A stretch of DNA of 64,000 nt from the human T2T-CHM13v2.0 reference genome, Homo sapiens, in the NCBI RefSeq assembly GCF_009914755.1, contig NC_060934.1; one strand, written 5' to 3'. Position 1 is the stretch's first letter; each line of letters begins with the position of its first letter. Under the pieces are notes generated by a model. It was not told where the DNA came from and did not search any database. It saw only the letters and a program-made list of their open reading frames with translations. Below are positions 37,113 through 53,606 of the stretch, piece by piece. The position numbers were made by a program, and so were the translations under genes.

Positions 37113-37189
37113 GCACAGGCACGCACGCACGCACGCGCACTCGCGCACACACACACACACACGCACACTCTCTCTCTCTCTCTCTCTCT
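37113..37189. repeat. Compound (GCAC)n(CA)n(CT)n microsatellite
   Basis: Direct repeats. Confidence 0.9.
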
Positions 37190-39805
37190 TCCAATTCACC
37201 AGCACAGAGCCTAAACCTGAGCCCATTTTCAGCTGTTAAAAACTCCTTTCTCATCTATAATTCAATGACCTTCCTAATCACCTCTGACACCAAAGCGAAC
37301 TCCTGCAACAGAAGAACTGGTCTTAGGGCTCAAATCAGTGGCCAGTATTAGACTAACAGATGAGGGGAAGTGGGGACCCTACAGAAAGCAAACACAGCTT
37401 CCTGGAAACACCAAGGGCCTCCTCCATCCAAAAACAACTTTCTTCTCAACTGTCTCCAAAAGCCTAGATGTTTTTTGACATTGTGGCACCTGGCACAGCC
37501 AGCCCACGGGACTGGGAAGACCCATGTTCCCAGCTCCCTGGCGACAACGGCGACAAGGCCATGCACCCGGTGCTTACTGGATGCCAGCCCCTGTGCTAAT
37601 TGCTCTTTATGTCCAGGTCAAATGGAAATCTCCTAACAACCTTTTGGTGGAAGAGTCAGAAGACTTCTGAGGACATTAATATTCAATGACTATTAATGAA
37701 GAGACCCTAAAGATCATCTTCTTAAGCCCTCAGACGACAGAAAGGGAAACTGAGGCCTGGGACTTGTATACTTTTCCAAAGCCTCTTCTTTGCCAGGTTT
37801 TGCACCTTCCTCTAAGACATCTTTTCTTTTCCATCTCATAATTCTGGATGCAAATGAACTCATAGCTCATGGAAACTATAAACCCATAAAAATGCACAAA
37901 AGGACATTAACAAAATATTACCTAAAATTTCCAGAACTTCATCGACCTCCTTCCTGATCCATAAGTGCATCCACAGATCCCAGGTTGAGCAGGCCTGCTT
38001 CCAACAATACCCACATTGTTGGATGTAAATTCTTACACAAAGACTCACTCGGGGAACTTCGTCCCTTTCCACGATTTCTTCCCTCTGCCTCACCTGTCCC
38101 TCCCTGCATGTATACACAATTTTAAACTTCCTTCAAGAATTAAATACAGTAAAACAAATCCTCTGGGACCATTTTACACTTTATGTTGAAATAAACTCAC
38201 AATAACGCTGCCCTGAAAAGCCAAAATGAAAAATGACAGTTTTTCCCTAACCTGGGTTGCTCCTAAAGCCCACACCGTAGGAAATCCCAGCTCAGCTTCC
38301 TCAGTTTTTGCCGAGCCACGCACTCAAGGGAAAACCAGCAATCACGGAAACATCCATTTTAATTATTAGCAAAATTAAAGACGTACAGGCATGACTTTCA
38401 GAAACCAGGAACTTTTTCCCTCTTACATGAAAGCCCTGTAAAAATGCATCACCACTGCAAATTACACTCATCCTGGTGTCCCAGCACAAATCACCAAGAG
38501 GCAGTTCCATAATCGGCCTGTAGCTGTAGCTATACAAGCCTCAGACACAAACTCCTACCAGATTCCCTTCCCAGAGACGTAGGGAGATGTCACCACACCT
38601 GTTAATTATAGAGCTGCCATCCCTCTGTGTAACGAAAAGTTCCCCAGTCTCACACGATTGCTTCAGGTGATAAGTGCTTCGGTCCTCATCCTTCAATGAC
38701 AAGTGCCTGGGGTCTTCCTGGGGAGCCCATGTCTCTCAGAACTCTCATCTCAGATGGACGCAACCCTCCTTCCTAAACTGTCCTGATCCAGCTAAGGAGG
38801 CTGGGCTCTCTGTCCTCTCCCAGCCTACCCCACTGGGTAAGTGTGCTGTTCATTCACCCCATGCACGAGATGTGTTCCCAGAGCAGCTCAGCTTACCCCA
38901 GACACCACTCGGACTGCTGCGGGTTCCTAAAGCCAGGCAGGCACCAGGTGGACTCTCCACAAACAGGTTCATTAAGTGGCGATGAGTGCTGGGATCTGCC
39001 GTTTTATTCTCGGATTACCACTCGAAAAATAACTCAGCTACCAATATTCCCTACTGATGACAGATTTCAGTGCAGCACCAAGTAGAGGCTTGGCTCACGT
39101 TGTCTCCAAAGGGCTGGGAGAGAGGTTCCAAATCTGCTAAGCTGAATAATTCAGCCTCATGTAGTCCTCGTAATTGGACTTACACCTTGAAAATTAAATT
39201 TCCAAAGCTGTGACACCGGCGCATGCCCTGTGATACTTGGAGGTTCTCGGAGCTGGAGGAGATCCCCTGGCACATTCACTTTCAAGTTTACCTAAACTAG
39301 AATCTGCCACTCTGTGATGATGCATTGCTTAAGTATTATGAATTACAATGGCTAAAAAAAAATTCTGAGATGTCAAGCCTCTCTCTCTGTGCTAAACTTC
39401 AGAAACTTCTTTTCTCCTTAAACAATGAAAATAAGATGTCAGCATTTCAGATGTTGGCAATTTCTTTTAGTGGTTCATCTTGTCCGAAAATAGCAATTCT
39501 TTACATTGTAAGCAGTAGGAATGATGCTGGGGGAGACTAGAGATGACATTCATCCTCCCAAGGTTCATCCCTTCCACAGCTCTCTCGGGCACTGGATAAA
39601 GGCCAACTCCCAGCTGTCTCCCTCACCCAGCACAGAGAAACACACACAGCAAGAAACCACCAAACTATACCATCCTGCCTGCAGTGCTGCGGCAAAGGAC
39701 CTTCTCTCATCAGCTCTGCCTTGCCGGGAGCCAAGAGACCACGATCTGGTGCTCTTAGAAGCCCCATTTACAATGCAAGGGTAGCTGATTCTAAAACAGG
39801 CCTTA

Positions 39806-40123
<318 letters not shown>

Positions 40124-41576
40124 CTAAAGGAAAGAGATTGGCGAGTCAGGGAATCTTCCCCAATGCCAAATCACTCCAGCCCAAGTGGGATAAAACCATT
40201 TTTCAGCCTCTCAAATGTGCGCAAACAGAGTTCTTTTTCATTATCTGCTAAATCCTTCCATCCTCACCTCAGAGTCCCAGGTGATACCACCAGACCGGTC
40301 CACAGAAATGTGTGAGGCTAATCTTTTTAAAAGCATACTTTTAAGAAACAGAGATAAAACAGTAGCTACAGGACTCAGATACGTGCAGCCACTTCAGTGA
40401 GGCAATGTGTGCTCTCTTCTACTATCCACTATCGCCTCCACCGCCCTCAATGAGCAGAAGCAACGTGACCTTAGTTTCAAGGGCAACTACAAAAGCAAGT
40501 TAAAAATGCTCGGGTTGGCATAACCAACCTCGTTCCCTTCTCTTAGTCCAACTGGGCTTTAGAAAGCTAAACTGTTGGAGGAGTCTGCTCACAGCTCCGT
40601 ATTTCTGCTGGGCTGGAGGTGAGCAGTCTCCCACCCTCACTGTCGCTCTTGGGAAGAAAGGAGACCAGCAAAATCAAAAGAATCCCAGGAAGGCTACAGA
40701 AAATTCCCACCAGTTTACACTTGTCAGGATTCATTTTCAAATGGAGAAGTGTCTTTCAGTCTTCCGCCAAGCAGCCACTTACGAAGAGTGAACACAACTG
40801 CAGCGCATTCAACGCAGCTGATCCAAAAAGGACTTCGAAGCCTGAATTCCCTTCCCCTGTGACTAAATGGCAGTCCAGGGCTGCTAAATGTCTTCAACCT
40901 CTGTAGAAGGGTGAGGAAACTGAGCAGATGCAAATTCTGATGAATAATGCAGGAATTTATTAATAATGATGATGTAAATTATGTAAATTATAGTCATGGT
41001 ATGTGATTGGACCAATAACTTTCCATATGCAAACCTACTGGCTAAATTTTCAGAGTATAAGTTAGAAGAGGACACTCAACTTAATATTCTGTTCACCCAT
41101 TTGATCCAAGGGAAAGAGAATTTTCCAAGAAAGCTTAATATATTCCAAGCAACTTTAAATTCACTCAGTACTCTCTGTGACTAAGGGTACAGTAAAATGC
41201 ACAAACTTTAGAGAATGATTAAAACAATCACAAGAAGGGGCTCATCAATCTCAGGCTTCAGATTCTGTGAACCACAGGAATGAACCACATTTTCTAAGAC
41301 TGGGGGTGGCAGGGAGGCCTTTAATACAAAAATCTCTAAACTCTACATTTTTTATGTACCCACTCGAGGTTTCAAGTTATGTCATAGGATTTCAACACTG
41401 CTGGAGCCTCCCCAAATCTCATCATAAAAACTGCTCCTTTTAGCTTTGACTGAGGACAAAAATGGAGGAGGGAAAAGAATATGCCACATCATTTCCAAAG
41501 GAGGAATAAAGAAAACCTCTGCTTCAAAGATAGCACAGGTGAAACGGTGTGATTCACAGCAAAAGCAAGAAAAGTA

Positions 41577-41684
41577 TGTGTGCAGTGTGTGTGTGTGTAC
41601 ACGGTGTGTGTGCGTGCATGGTGTGTGTGTATGCACGGTGTGTGTGTGTACATGGTGTGTGCGTGCACGGTGTGTGCATGTGCT
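41577..41684. repeat. Interrupted (GT)n repeat with ~16-bp period in intron 1
   Basis: ggtgtgtgtg...cacg/catg units. Confidence 0.88.
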
Positions 41685-42632
41685 TTCAGATAGCTTGAAA
41701 GATTTTTCCTCTTAACTTTTCTTTCCTCTTAGTCAAGAGCCTCAGAAGATAATTTCGGATCTATTTCTACATACATGTGGGAGGAAAGTACACAAACATT
41801 CTCATTGATTTACTAAGCATTTGCAGAATGCAGGGGAATTTTCTACCTCTAACACGACTTCAGGAACAATCCTAAGTCCTCGCAGAGGTTTCACCCCAGG
41901 CTCCTTCCCCGGCCTGCTCGCCCACCTGTCCCTGCCCAGAGGAGCCTCCTTGGCTCCAGGCAGAGAAAGGTGGACAGGGCGCTCCGCTGAATCTCAAGCC
42001 GTTCCATCATCCCGCTAGCTGGCACTAGAAATTTGCATTTCAGCCATTTCCAGGTCCAAACCCCACGGCAGCCCCCTCCCCAAAACTCTGGAAGGCGGAG
42101 ACCTAAGGCGACAGGTCTGCACAGTTCCTCACACCAGTGGACAAAAGTATGGTGCGACCTCCTAGGCAGGATAATTAGGTCCCCAGGCTCGGTGTTGGGA
42201 ATACAGGCCCAGCATGCCGCTGGCGGCCACAATCCCGGCTTCCTGCCTTCAATACCATAATCCTTCCTGGAGTCTGAGCCCCAGTGAAAGCCCCAGCGTG
42301 TTTATTTTTCCCCTTGAAAGGGAACTCTCTTCTCAGCCTGCACGCGGGAGGAGTTGTCACCCTCCCTCTGATGGATGGCTCTTCTCGGCCGCCCGCCCCC
42401 CGGTCCATTTTCACCTCGGCACAAGCCTGCCCCCAAAGACAGGCAGAGTGACAAGCAGGAAGGGCTTGGCTGCGGAGCGGTCCCCATGCCAGGCCTGTGC
42501 TGGGCTCTTCAATTTACCATGACATTCCCAAAACCCCCGCCCTCCAAGAAGGCAGACCAATACAGTGCCCTCCGCTTTGGGCTTCCACCTAAGGGGTGAT
42601 CTGTCCACTGCTGGCTCGGCCACTGGGATCAC

Positions 42633-42801
42633 CTGGTGTTTTGTTCCTGGGTAGATTTCACATCAGGAAAGTCAACAGTGTCCGGCTCCTCCAAAGTGCA
42701 GACCCATCTCTTCGCTTAAGGCCTCCCTACTTCTCCCCAGCACTGAGTAGGAGCGGGAGCTGTCAAGGGGTCAAGGCTAGGGGGAAATTCCTCAACAAAT
42801 T
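42633..42801 (-). other. FGFR2: Probable alternative non-coding first exon of FGFR2 in intron 1
   Basis: Donor ACACCAG|gtgatc at 42633/42632; CCAATCAG box at 42864-42871 just upstream; resembles the recalled 5' end of an FGFR2 transcript variant (AATTTGTTGAGGAATTTCCCCC...AAACACCAG|TGACTGCAGC). Confidence 0.6.
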
Positions 42802-43239
42802 GAAATCTCAAAAAACTCACACTGACCCAGGACCACAATGCCCTCCCGGTTTAATGCTTGCGTCCAATCAGAACTTGCGAGCAGCTTGGGGGTGCTCCCC
42901 ACCACCACCCCCTTTCAGGGCAGCACTTCTTTCATTTGTTTGCCTGAAATATCCTGTTTTTCTCCCCCTTCTCGGGGCGCTAAAGAGCTCAGAGAAATCT
43001 GCATTTTAATTGACATTCCAGGGAAAGAGAGAGGGGCGCCTGATTGCTTTTCTATTCAAACTAAACAGGCTTTTCAGATGAAAATGAGTCGAGCCCGGTG
43101 GAAGATTTACAGGGATTTGGGACCAGGGAGACAATGGAGTTTTAAATGTTGATAGCGTTTCACACCAAACACATAATGGGTGCCCTGAGTTTGAAAGCAG
43201 GTTTGCCTTTAAGGGTAGGTTTTATTGAATTGGGAGAAA

Positions 43240-44930
43240 GGAAGGAGGGTCTGGAGAACGGTCTGCAAGGGAGCGGGGTGCGAGGAGAGCGACGGAGGCT
43301 GGTGGTCCCCGAGCGGGCCTCCTGCGCCAGGTCCGTGGTCCGCGAGGGTCGGAGCCAGCGCCACGCAGGGCCCTCGGCTTTTTTCCCCAGCGCGGCCCCG
43401 TGGCCGAAAAAAATGAGCGCGCAAGTTAGAACTCGCCTGCGCTTTCGACATCTCCCAGCCCCTGCGGCAGAGCAGGCAGGCGAACTAGAAAAAGTCGGTC
43501 CAGTTCGCCCCCTAGCCCCAGGCGCACTGCGCTCCCTCCAGCGCCGACGGCGGCTGCGGGCGAGGGGCGCCCAGGCACCGGAGCCGTCGCCTCCCCAGCA
43601 GTGCCACCCCTGGCCATCGCCACCCCTACGGGATGTCACCGGCCCCACCCCAGCGGCCCCCTCCCGAAAAAGGGGTCTCCGCAGGGCCTGGATGGTACGG
43701 AAGTTCCCAGGACACACGGATGGGGCACCTCGGAGATGACCCCGGGAACCGGCCTGCGGGGCTGTGCCACGGGCAGGCGAACCTTCCGCCCGTCTGCTCT
43801 GGGGTCGGAGAAACGCGCCCAGTCAGCGGGAATGCGCCCGCCAGGGTTTGACAGGGAGGGGGGCGTCAACGCCAGAAGCAGATGTCAGCATCTGGATGGG
43901 GGTAGCAGAGGCAGAACTTCCAGAACGCCGGCCGTCAGCACGCACCCACCTCCCCCATCACCTATGCAGCCACAGAGGGAGGACACGGAGCGTCCTCCAC
44001 AATGCTAGTCCTTCCGCGCCCCCCGCCCGGAGGACGGTGCACCCGGCGTCCCGGGCTCCCGTGGCGCCCACGTCCCCGGCTGGCGAAGCTCCCCGAGGCG
44101 TCTTGCGCGGCGATTACCTTGAATGGCAACGCTCCTCCGCGACCTGTGTTGTCCCCGCGCCCCGCGTGGGTCGGGATGGAGAAAGCGACGAGCCCGGGGT
44201 TGTGGGGAGCAACTCCAAACGCAGAAGAGTGGTCCTTGGGTCTTCGCCGGCGCCAAGCCTCCCGGGCTTCACGCGTACCCCAGGCTGCGGAGGAGCGCGG
44301 GCATGACGCCCGCGGGCTGCCCTCGGATTTGGGGAACGAGAGGAAGAAAGGACTCAGGCTTGGCGTTGCCTCCACCAAACTTTGCTCGCGAGTTGCGAAG
44401 GCTCAGAGCGCGCAGGCAAGCTGCGGCCTCGGGGCCCCCGGGGCTCGCGGCCGGCCCCCGCCAGCCCGGAGAGCAGTCGCCGCGCCGGGCCAGGTACGCC
44501 GCATGCAGCCCCGCGGCGCCCGAGCTTTGTGGCGGCCGCGCGCGCTCCCTCGCCCGCTCCGCACCCGCCGCCCGCCCGCTCGGCTCTCCACCGCGCTCTC
44601 CTCCAGCCGCCGCCCGCGCCGCCGCCGCCGCCCCCGCCTCCTCGCGGCGGGTCACGCCCCCACTGAAACCCGAGCCGTTTCCTGGACGGCGGCGCCCTCT
44701 CTGCCAATCAGCGCCGCGCGCCCGGGCCGCCCCGAGTCCCGCGCGGCTCCCGACGCCTCCGAGCAGCCGGAGACACCGGCCCGGGAGGCGAGGGCTCGGC
44801 CGCGATGCGGCCGTAGGGATGCAGCGACAGCCTCCGAATAAGGCCTGGTCCCGCGCCCCGCGCCACCTCCTCCCTCCTCCCCGGGCGAGCGAGGCTGGCC
44901 AACGGCTCGCTGAGTGACTGCGTTACGTTG
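43240..44930. promoter_or_regulatory. CpG island / TATA-less FGFR2 promoter spanning exon 1 and proximal intron 1
   Basis: Very high GC and CpG density; GC boxes; (GCC)n run at 44606-44631; EGR/SP motif CGCCCCCGC at 44629-44637; CCAATCAG at 44704-44711; no TATA box seen. Confidence 0.95.
44118..44614 (-). other. FGFR2: FGFR2 non-coding exon 1 (5' UTR); TSS approximate (~44600-44614)
   Basis: Donor CCATTCAAG|gtaatc at 44118/44117; matches recalled FGFR2 mRNA leader (GGCGGCGGCTGGAGGAGAGCGCGG...GCCATTCAAG|TGACTGCAGC); lies within CpG island. Confidence 0.9.
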
Positions 44931-45189
44931 TTTTATGTCAAGTTAGAAAACAAGTGACCGAAGGCTCTAACCCTGCCCTCCCGCTAAAGAGACTTTAAAA
45001 TGCGCCTGCTTGATACTGCGGGGAGGGTTGCCAGGCAGCTGAAGCTTTTGGAGGAGAGGAAGCCACTTGGAAATGTTCGCAGGACATTGCATGTTTCTGT
45101 CCTTCTAAACAATAGAAATGAGAGGAAAAAACTGAATATTAATGGAGGCCCTACTATGGGAGGGTCACACTACATAGGTGATTCTATTT

Positions 45190-45320
45190 CATCTGCCCAA
45201 CCACCCTGCAGAGTACTATTCCCAGTTTCTGATAAGGAAACAGGATCAGAGAGGTTAAGTAATTTGCCTAGGACCACACAGCTGGCTACTAGGACAGCCT
45301 GACTTTGAATGTGGCTCTCT
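45190..45320 (-). mobile_element. MIR
   Basis: gataaggaaacaggatcagagaggttaagtaatttgcctaggaccacacagct. Confidence 0.7.
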
Positions 45321-47717
45321 CAGAAAAAGCCAAAATTGCATCAAAAAAAAAAAGTGTTTAATAATATATGTTTGGATTAATAAAAAGAAATTCAAAGGAG
45401 TCTAAAGACAACTCTACCATAAATAGACCTTGAACAAAGTAATTCCTCCCTCTGAATCTTAGATTAAAAATCATAAATGCAAAATCTGATTCTTCAACTG
45501 CACACCAAGCTGTAACTGGTTAAAGTTCCTATGTCCATTTACCTTTTCACTAAGCCGTGTCTTCGGAATAATTTATTTTAAATATGCTTTTTCTCCCTCC
45601 TTATTCATCCAGCTCCTGAGCAGCCGTGCTTAAGTTCAAGACCATATAGATTAAAACCTTAATTATTTTTCTTTAGAAAAGGTCACTAAACCCAGAAATG
45701 CTTTAGAATCCTTTTGAGGCCTGAAGATAGATGAAGCATTGAGAACAAACCTGACTTGGAAAACAGACTTTTCCTGGATTTAGAAACATATTTGCACCTG
45801 TGTCACTAACATTGCACCCTTCATAACATTTACAAAAATATTTTTCAAGGTGCTACATGATTAGAAAATCATTTTTATTCACAAATATAGCACAGAAAAC
45901 GTTTATGCAAGTTATTTAAAAGCCACACAAGTAAGAAATCCATTTAACTGCCTCAGGCAAAAGGCTATAACATTGTATTTTGGAAATTTGATAGCAACAA
46001 AATAAAAACTGGTTCTTAAGCAAAATTATCCCTCTATATGCTTGGTGGGAGGGTATGTTTTTGGTCAAGTCCTCTAACCTGGATTAGCCCCAGAGCCTAT
46101 ACATTAACGGACACCTCAGCCCAGGTTGACACTTAGCCATTCACTCCCACACGGGTTGTTCTGATAGCAGTATGTTTTCAAGTTCTCAGAAAAGGGATGC
46201 AGCTGAACGTGTCTGCCTGCTCGCAGGCTGCCACTTACATCTTTATATTCCCCACCAATGGGAAACTCGAGTGTCTCAGGACAGTTCCTTTCCCATCCTA
46301 CACCGCATCCATCAGCCATTGAAAATGCTGTTAACACATTCTCACATAAATTAATGGTGCAGGAAGCCGCTGTCCCTATCCCCCATTCATCAATAGCTTT
46401 ATGCATGTTGAATGGAAAGGAAGCTTTCCGCTGAAAATGACAAATAAGAACACCTACTTTCATGTCCAGGCACAGTTTGCAGAATGTATTTTTTATAGAA
46501 ATGAAAAGACACCAATCTATCAAAAGCTCCTTATTCCCTAAAGAGGGCTCATATATAAGGGACTGAAACCCACAAGACCACAACAGGAAACTCTTCAGTT
46601 TTGGGGAGGGGGGGAAGTATGTTTAGAATTATTTTTAAAAAATCAATTATGTCCCCATATTTAGTCTTCAAGTGACCTCAGACCATCCAGGAAAACCTTC
46701 ACACCACTGAGGCTTCTGAATGAGAAAATAATCTCTTTACAGTTTTTTCTTTTCTCTTCCCTCTTCAAGTGGCTGGAACCCCTTTCGTCAATGGCCTCCC
46801 ATGAATGGTGTTGCTAATAAAGCCTATTAATGAGCTTCCACGGCGGAGTGTGAATAGGTAAATAAGCCCCAATCTGTTGAGGTTCTGGGGCAAGGGCAGA
46901 AAAGCCAGTAAGAACTAAAGGTGACAGTTTGAACTGAACTGCGAACGCCAGCACCAGGTTTCAGCTGAAAGAACCGCCAGACAAGGACACATTCACAGTT
47001 CCTCCACCCCCTACTGAGGTCTCTTTTCTTCGCAATTTTCCCCCCTTTACAAAATGTCTTGAGTAGTCACCCTTTTTTTTTTTCAAAAGCCCTCGAGACG
47101 CCCTTCTTTTTTCACTCTAGTAATGATACATCAATGGGAAGGAAGAAAAATGAGGACACCAGAACTCCGATGCCCCCAAAAGTTTCAAGAAACAAATTGT
47201 GCTGCTAGCCCGTTGGTGATGGGAAGAGAAAGGAGAAGGGGGTGGGAGCGCTCACTACCATGGGCCTCTCTCCTTTGAAGATTTGGAATTTTTCTTTTAA
47301 TAATTTGTTTTGTAATGGGTGGCTGTTCCTTCACTCTATGGAAACGTTAGATGAAATAAAGGCTGCTGACATGAAGTGCTCATGAACCTTCCCGGGTGGA
47401 TCTGAGCTCCCTGCAACACCAGGAATTTCATTCTCTAAGCTACATCTCAATAGTGCCCTCGGCATAAAAGAAGCACTCAAATGGAAGGATATAGAATAGT
47501 CGGAGGACTATGATAAGAGTATTTACTTCTGGGTAAGGGGAGGGGCTGGATGCCCTGACAGCTCCAGCCCATCTTCAGGGAGCTTGTGGCATTTAAGTGA
47601 AGCAAAATCATTGATCCCACTACTGAACAGCATCAATGATTTTAAACTTAGAACTGGGCCTGAATTCCAAAGCCAAGGCTTCCCCGGAGACAAAGTCCTT
47701 CTGGAAGTATAGCCTCA

Positions 47718-48401
<684 letters not shown>

Positions 48402-48476
48402 CGCTGTGTGACCTCAGGCCAGTTGCTTGAGTTATCTGAGTTTTCCATTTTCTCAGCTGTAAAATGGGGAAAATAA

Positions 48477-48797
<321 letters not shown>

Positions 48798-48862
48798 CTC
48801 TCCTAGATCTTTAATAGGATCACTAAGAGGATGAAATGAGTTAGGACGTGACAAGCACTTAG

Positions 48863-50150
<1,288 letters not shown>

Positions 50151-50827
50151 CCAAACAGGAGGCGTCACAATGCCCATCAGTGCCCACTGCTCCCCAGCAG
50201 CGGTCCAGGGGGAGGCAAGGACAGTGCCAGGCAGAAGACACTTTTCCTACTAGGAGAACCACATATAAGGGTGAACAAACCACTGTATATGGCTAAGAAT
50301 AATCATAGAAAACACGTAACCTTCCCATGTGCCAAAGAGTTTCTCAATACCATGAGGACCATACAAATAAAAATGTCTAAGTGCTTGTCACATCCCAGTT
50401 CATTGAATCCTCTTTGACCCTATTAAATAGCTAAGAGATAGCAAAGACACCTCTGTTCCCAAGGAAAGAGCTTCTTGAAAACCACTAGGGACATCTGAAT
50501 AAAGGCTGCCCTGCTCTAACCATTTCTTGAATTTCTGAGTGACTTGAACGGCACAGGTTGTTCTTCCGAAGGAGACCAGGCCTAAAGGTGAAGAAGTGCA
50601 TGTCAAACCTATGACAGCGCATCAAGTATGACCCCTGGATTTTACAGGGGAAGAAAGCAGGGCACACAGAGGGATGATGGGCTCAAAGTCACCCCTCTGG
50701 TTAATGGCAGCAAAACCCAGAAAAGTCTGTGTTCCTGACTCAGCTGGGGTTACAATGGCCACTAGTACAAGTCCACCATGGCAGGTGAGTCTCACCCATC
50801 CAATGCCAGGCAATTGGCTCTTTCTAG

Positions 50828-51190
<363 letters not shown>

Positions 51191-51629
51191 TCATTGCCTC
51201 TGAAACTGTTACTATTTCCAGAAAACAATTACCCACTCACCATGAGTTCAGCTCACTTCTCCTCCTTCAAGTGCTCCAAGAAGGATTTCTGTAAGGGTTA
51301 TTATTGTTGTTAATATTTCAAAGAGCCTTCAAGTTTAGGTGCATACGCTTGTTAGACACCTCTTTCACACACCTACAGTTTCATCTGCTGAATCTGCATA
51401 GTCTTCAAAATAGGGGAGGAATAAAGGAGCAATTTGTGGTTCACAGAACGACTATTGTCAATAACAAGTGGAAGTGAAAAATTTTTAAGAATTACTAAGA
51501 CTTGCATTTGAGAAATTAAGACTTAAAACTCTGCGACACATTTGCAGTTTACAAATGAGTAATCGGGTTTGTTGCCCAAAATGCAACGGAAGGGCAATTT
51601 GGGAAACTTGAATGCATTCTGTGTTTTTA

Positions 51630-52016
51630 AAAAAATTAAACAAAAGCAGAAATCACTATAAAAGTGGGGGGGGGATAATTGGGAAAATTTTAATATTGTC
51701 CAGATAGGAGATCATATTAATATTAGAGATTGAATATTAGAGATTGTTGTTAATTCACTTACATAAGATTATGACAGCTTGGCTTTGTAGGAAATTTTCT
51801 GTATTCTTATGAGATCCATGCCAAAGTTTAAAGGATTAAATGGCTTGATGTTTACAACTGACTTTCAAGTGGCTCAGGAAAAAAAAGGACAAACACACAC
51901 AGATAAAGCAAATATGCAAAATGTTAACTCTTGACACTATACAGTTGAGAGTATACATTACTTATTGCACTATTCACCCAACTTTCTTAATGTTTAAACA
52001 ATTTCACAATTAAAAC
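51630..52016 (+). mobile_element. Ancient L1 (L1ME-type) 3' UTR fragment
   Basis: gataaagcaaatatgcaaaatgttaac...tattgcactattc...aatttcacaattaaaa. Confidence 0.6.
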
Positions 52017-52840
52017 CTGGGGGAACTCTAGTGGAGGGCATTATGGACTCTGACCCCAGTACTGTCCCTTGTGCCACCCCTGTGGCCACAAACACATTCC
52101 TACCTTTGGCTTCTGCCAATCTGAATCTATGAAGGAAAACTGGTAGGTCAATTAGCTGGTTGGCCAAGCCAGCTGCATGTAACATCTACAATGTCCAAGG
52201 TCTCAAGGTATTTTTGACAAGTAATGTGGTGCCATAGAAACAGCACTGAGTCAGGGCCCCCAAGACCTGAGTTTTTATCCCAACGTGGTCAAGGGCTAAC
52301 TATGCAAGTCTAGGCAAGTTACTGAACAAGCCTCATCCCACCCCTAACCTTGGCCTCACCTTCTTTTGCATAACTGAAGTGTCCCCCTTCTATCTTAAAA
52401 ATAAATTTATCTATGATCTCCGGCCTATCTCTGAACATTCCCCGCCTCCACCTGGAGCTGAAAACTTGTGGTTCACCCATCACTGAAGGCCACCCTGGTG
52501 TTACAGGAAGTGAACATCCTCTCCAAAGTATTCTGAAACCATAGTCTAGGAACCGTGCTGTTCCTACTGGTAACAAGTATCTACCGGAAAAGTCCTCTAA
52601 TCCCTGGCCCATTGCTATTTAAGGGCAATTTATGGCATGTCATTTCTTGGCTGTGACTCCCTGCCTTTCAATCACCCCCACCCTCCACACATCACGACCA
52701 CTTCCACCACAACGAGGTTTCCCAGCTCACTGGACAGAAACTATACAAGTGGTTTTAGCCAGGGTGGGGTAGATGAGGATGAGATTAGCAACAATATCCC
52801 GTCTGCTCCCACCCCACCCACACCCTTATCGCTGCCTGAA

Positions 52841-53044
52841 GCTATGCTGTCTGATAACGTTAACCACCAGCCAACATGATTATTTAAAGTTAAATCAATT
52901 AAAATTAAATAAGACTTCAGCTCCTCAGTAGCACCAGCCACAATTCAAGTGCTCAACAGTCACATGGGGCCAGGCCACTACATTGGAGAGTGCAGTATTA
53001 TAGGGTATTTTCAACGTGGCAGACGATGTATTGGGCTGTGCTAG
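52841..53044. mobile_element. MER3/MER33-like hAT-Charlie element
   Basis: aattaaaattaaataa...ttcagctcctcagtagcaccagccaca.ttcaagtgctcaa..g.cacatg. Confidence 0.7.
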
Positions 53045-53290
53045 AGAGCACACCCTGCTTTCCGCTTCCTCCTCCAAGAAGACCTCCTTAGTCAGAGGAG
53101 TCCCCAGGAACTGCTCTTGCTCTCCCTCTCCAGGTCCCCCCGCTCATCACCCCTGGACTGCTCCCCATGCCCTAAATGGGCATCTTGCCTTACCAGGGTG
53201 GAGGTAGGGACAAGAATTCTACTCCTTAGATGGAGAACGGTGCAGGAGATACACGGGACAGGTCTTACTGTTGACAATGAAAACGATTTT

Positions 53291-53606
<316 letters not shown>

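Noticed and set aside
43146-44917. Multiple 130-279 aa ORFs on both strands over the promoter
   Set aside because: Expected stop-codon scarcity in a CpG island; low-complexity R/P/A/G peptides with no recognisable domain
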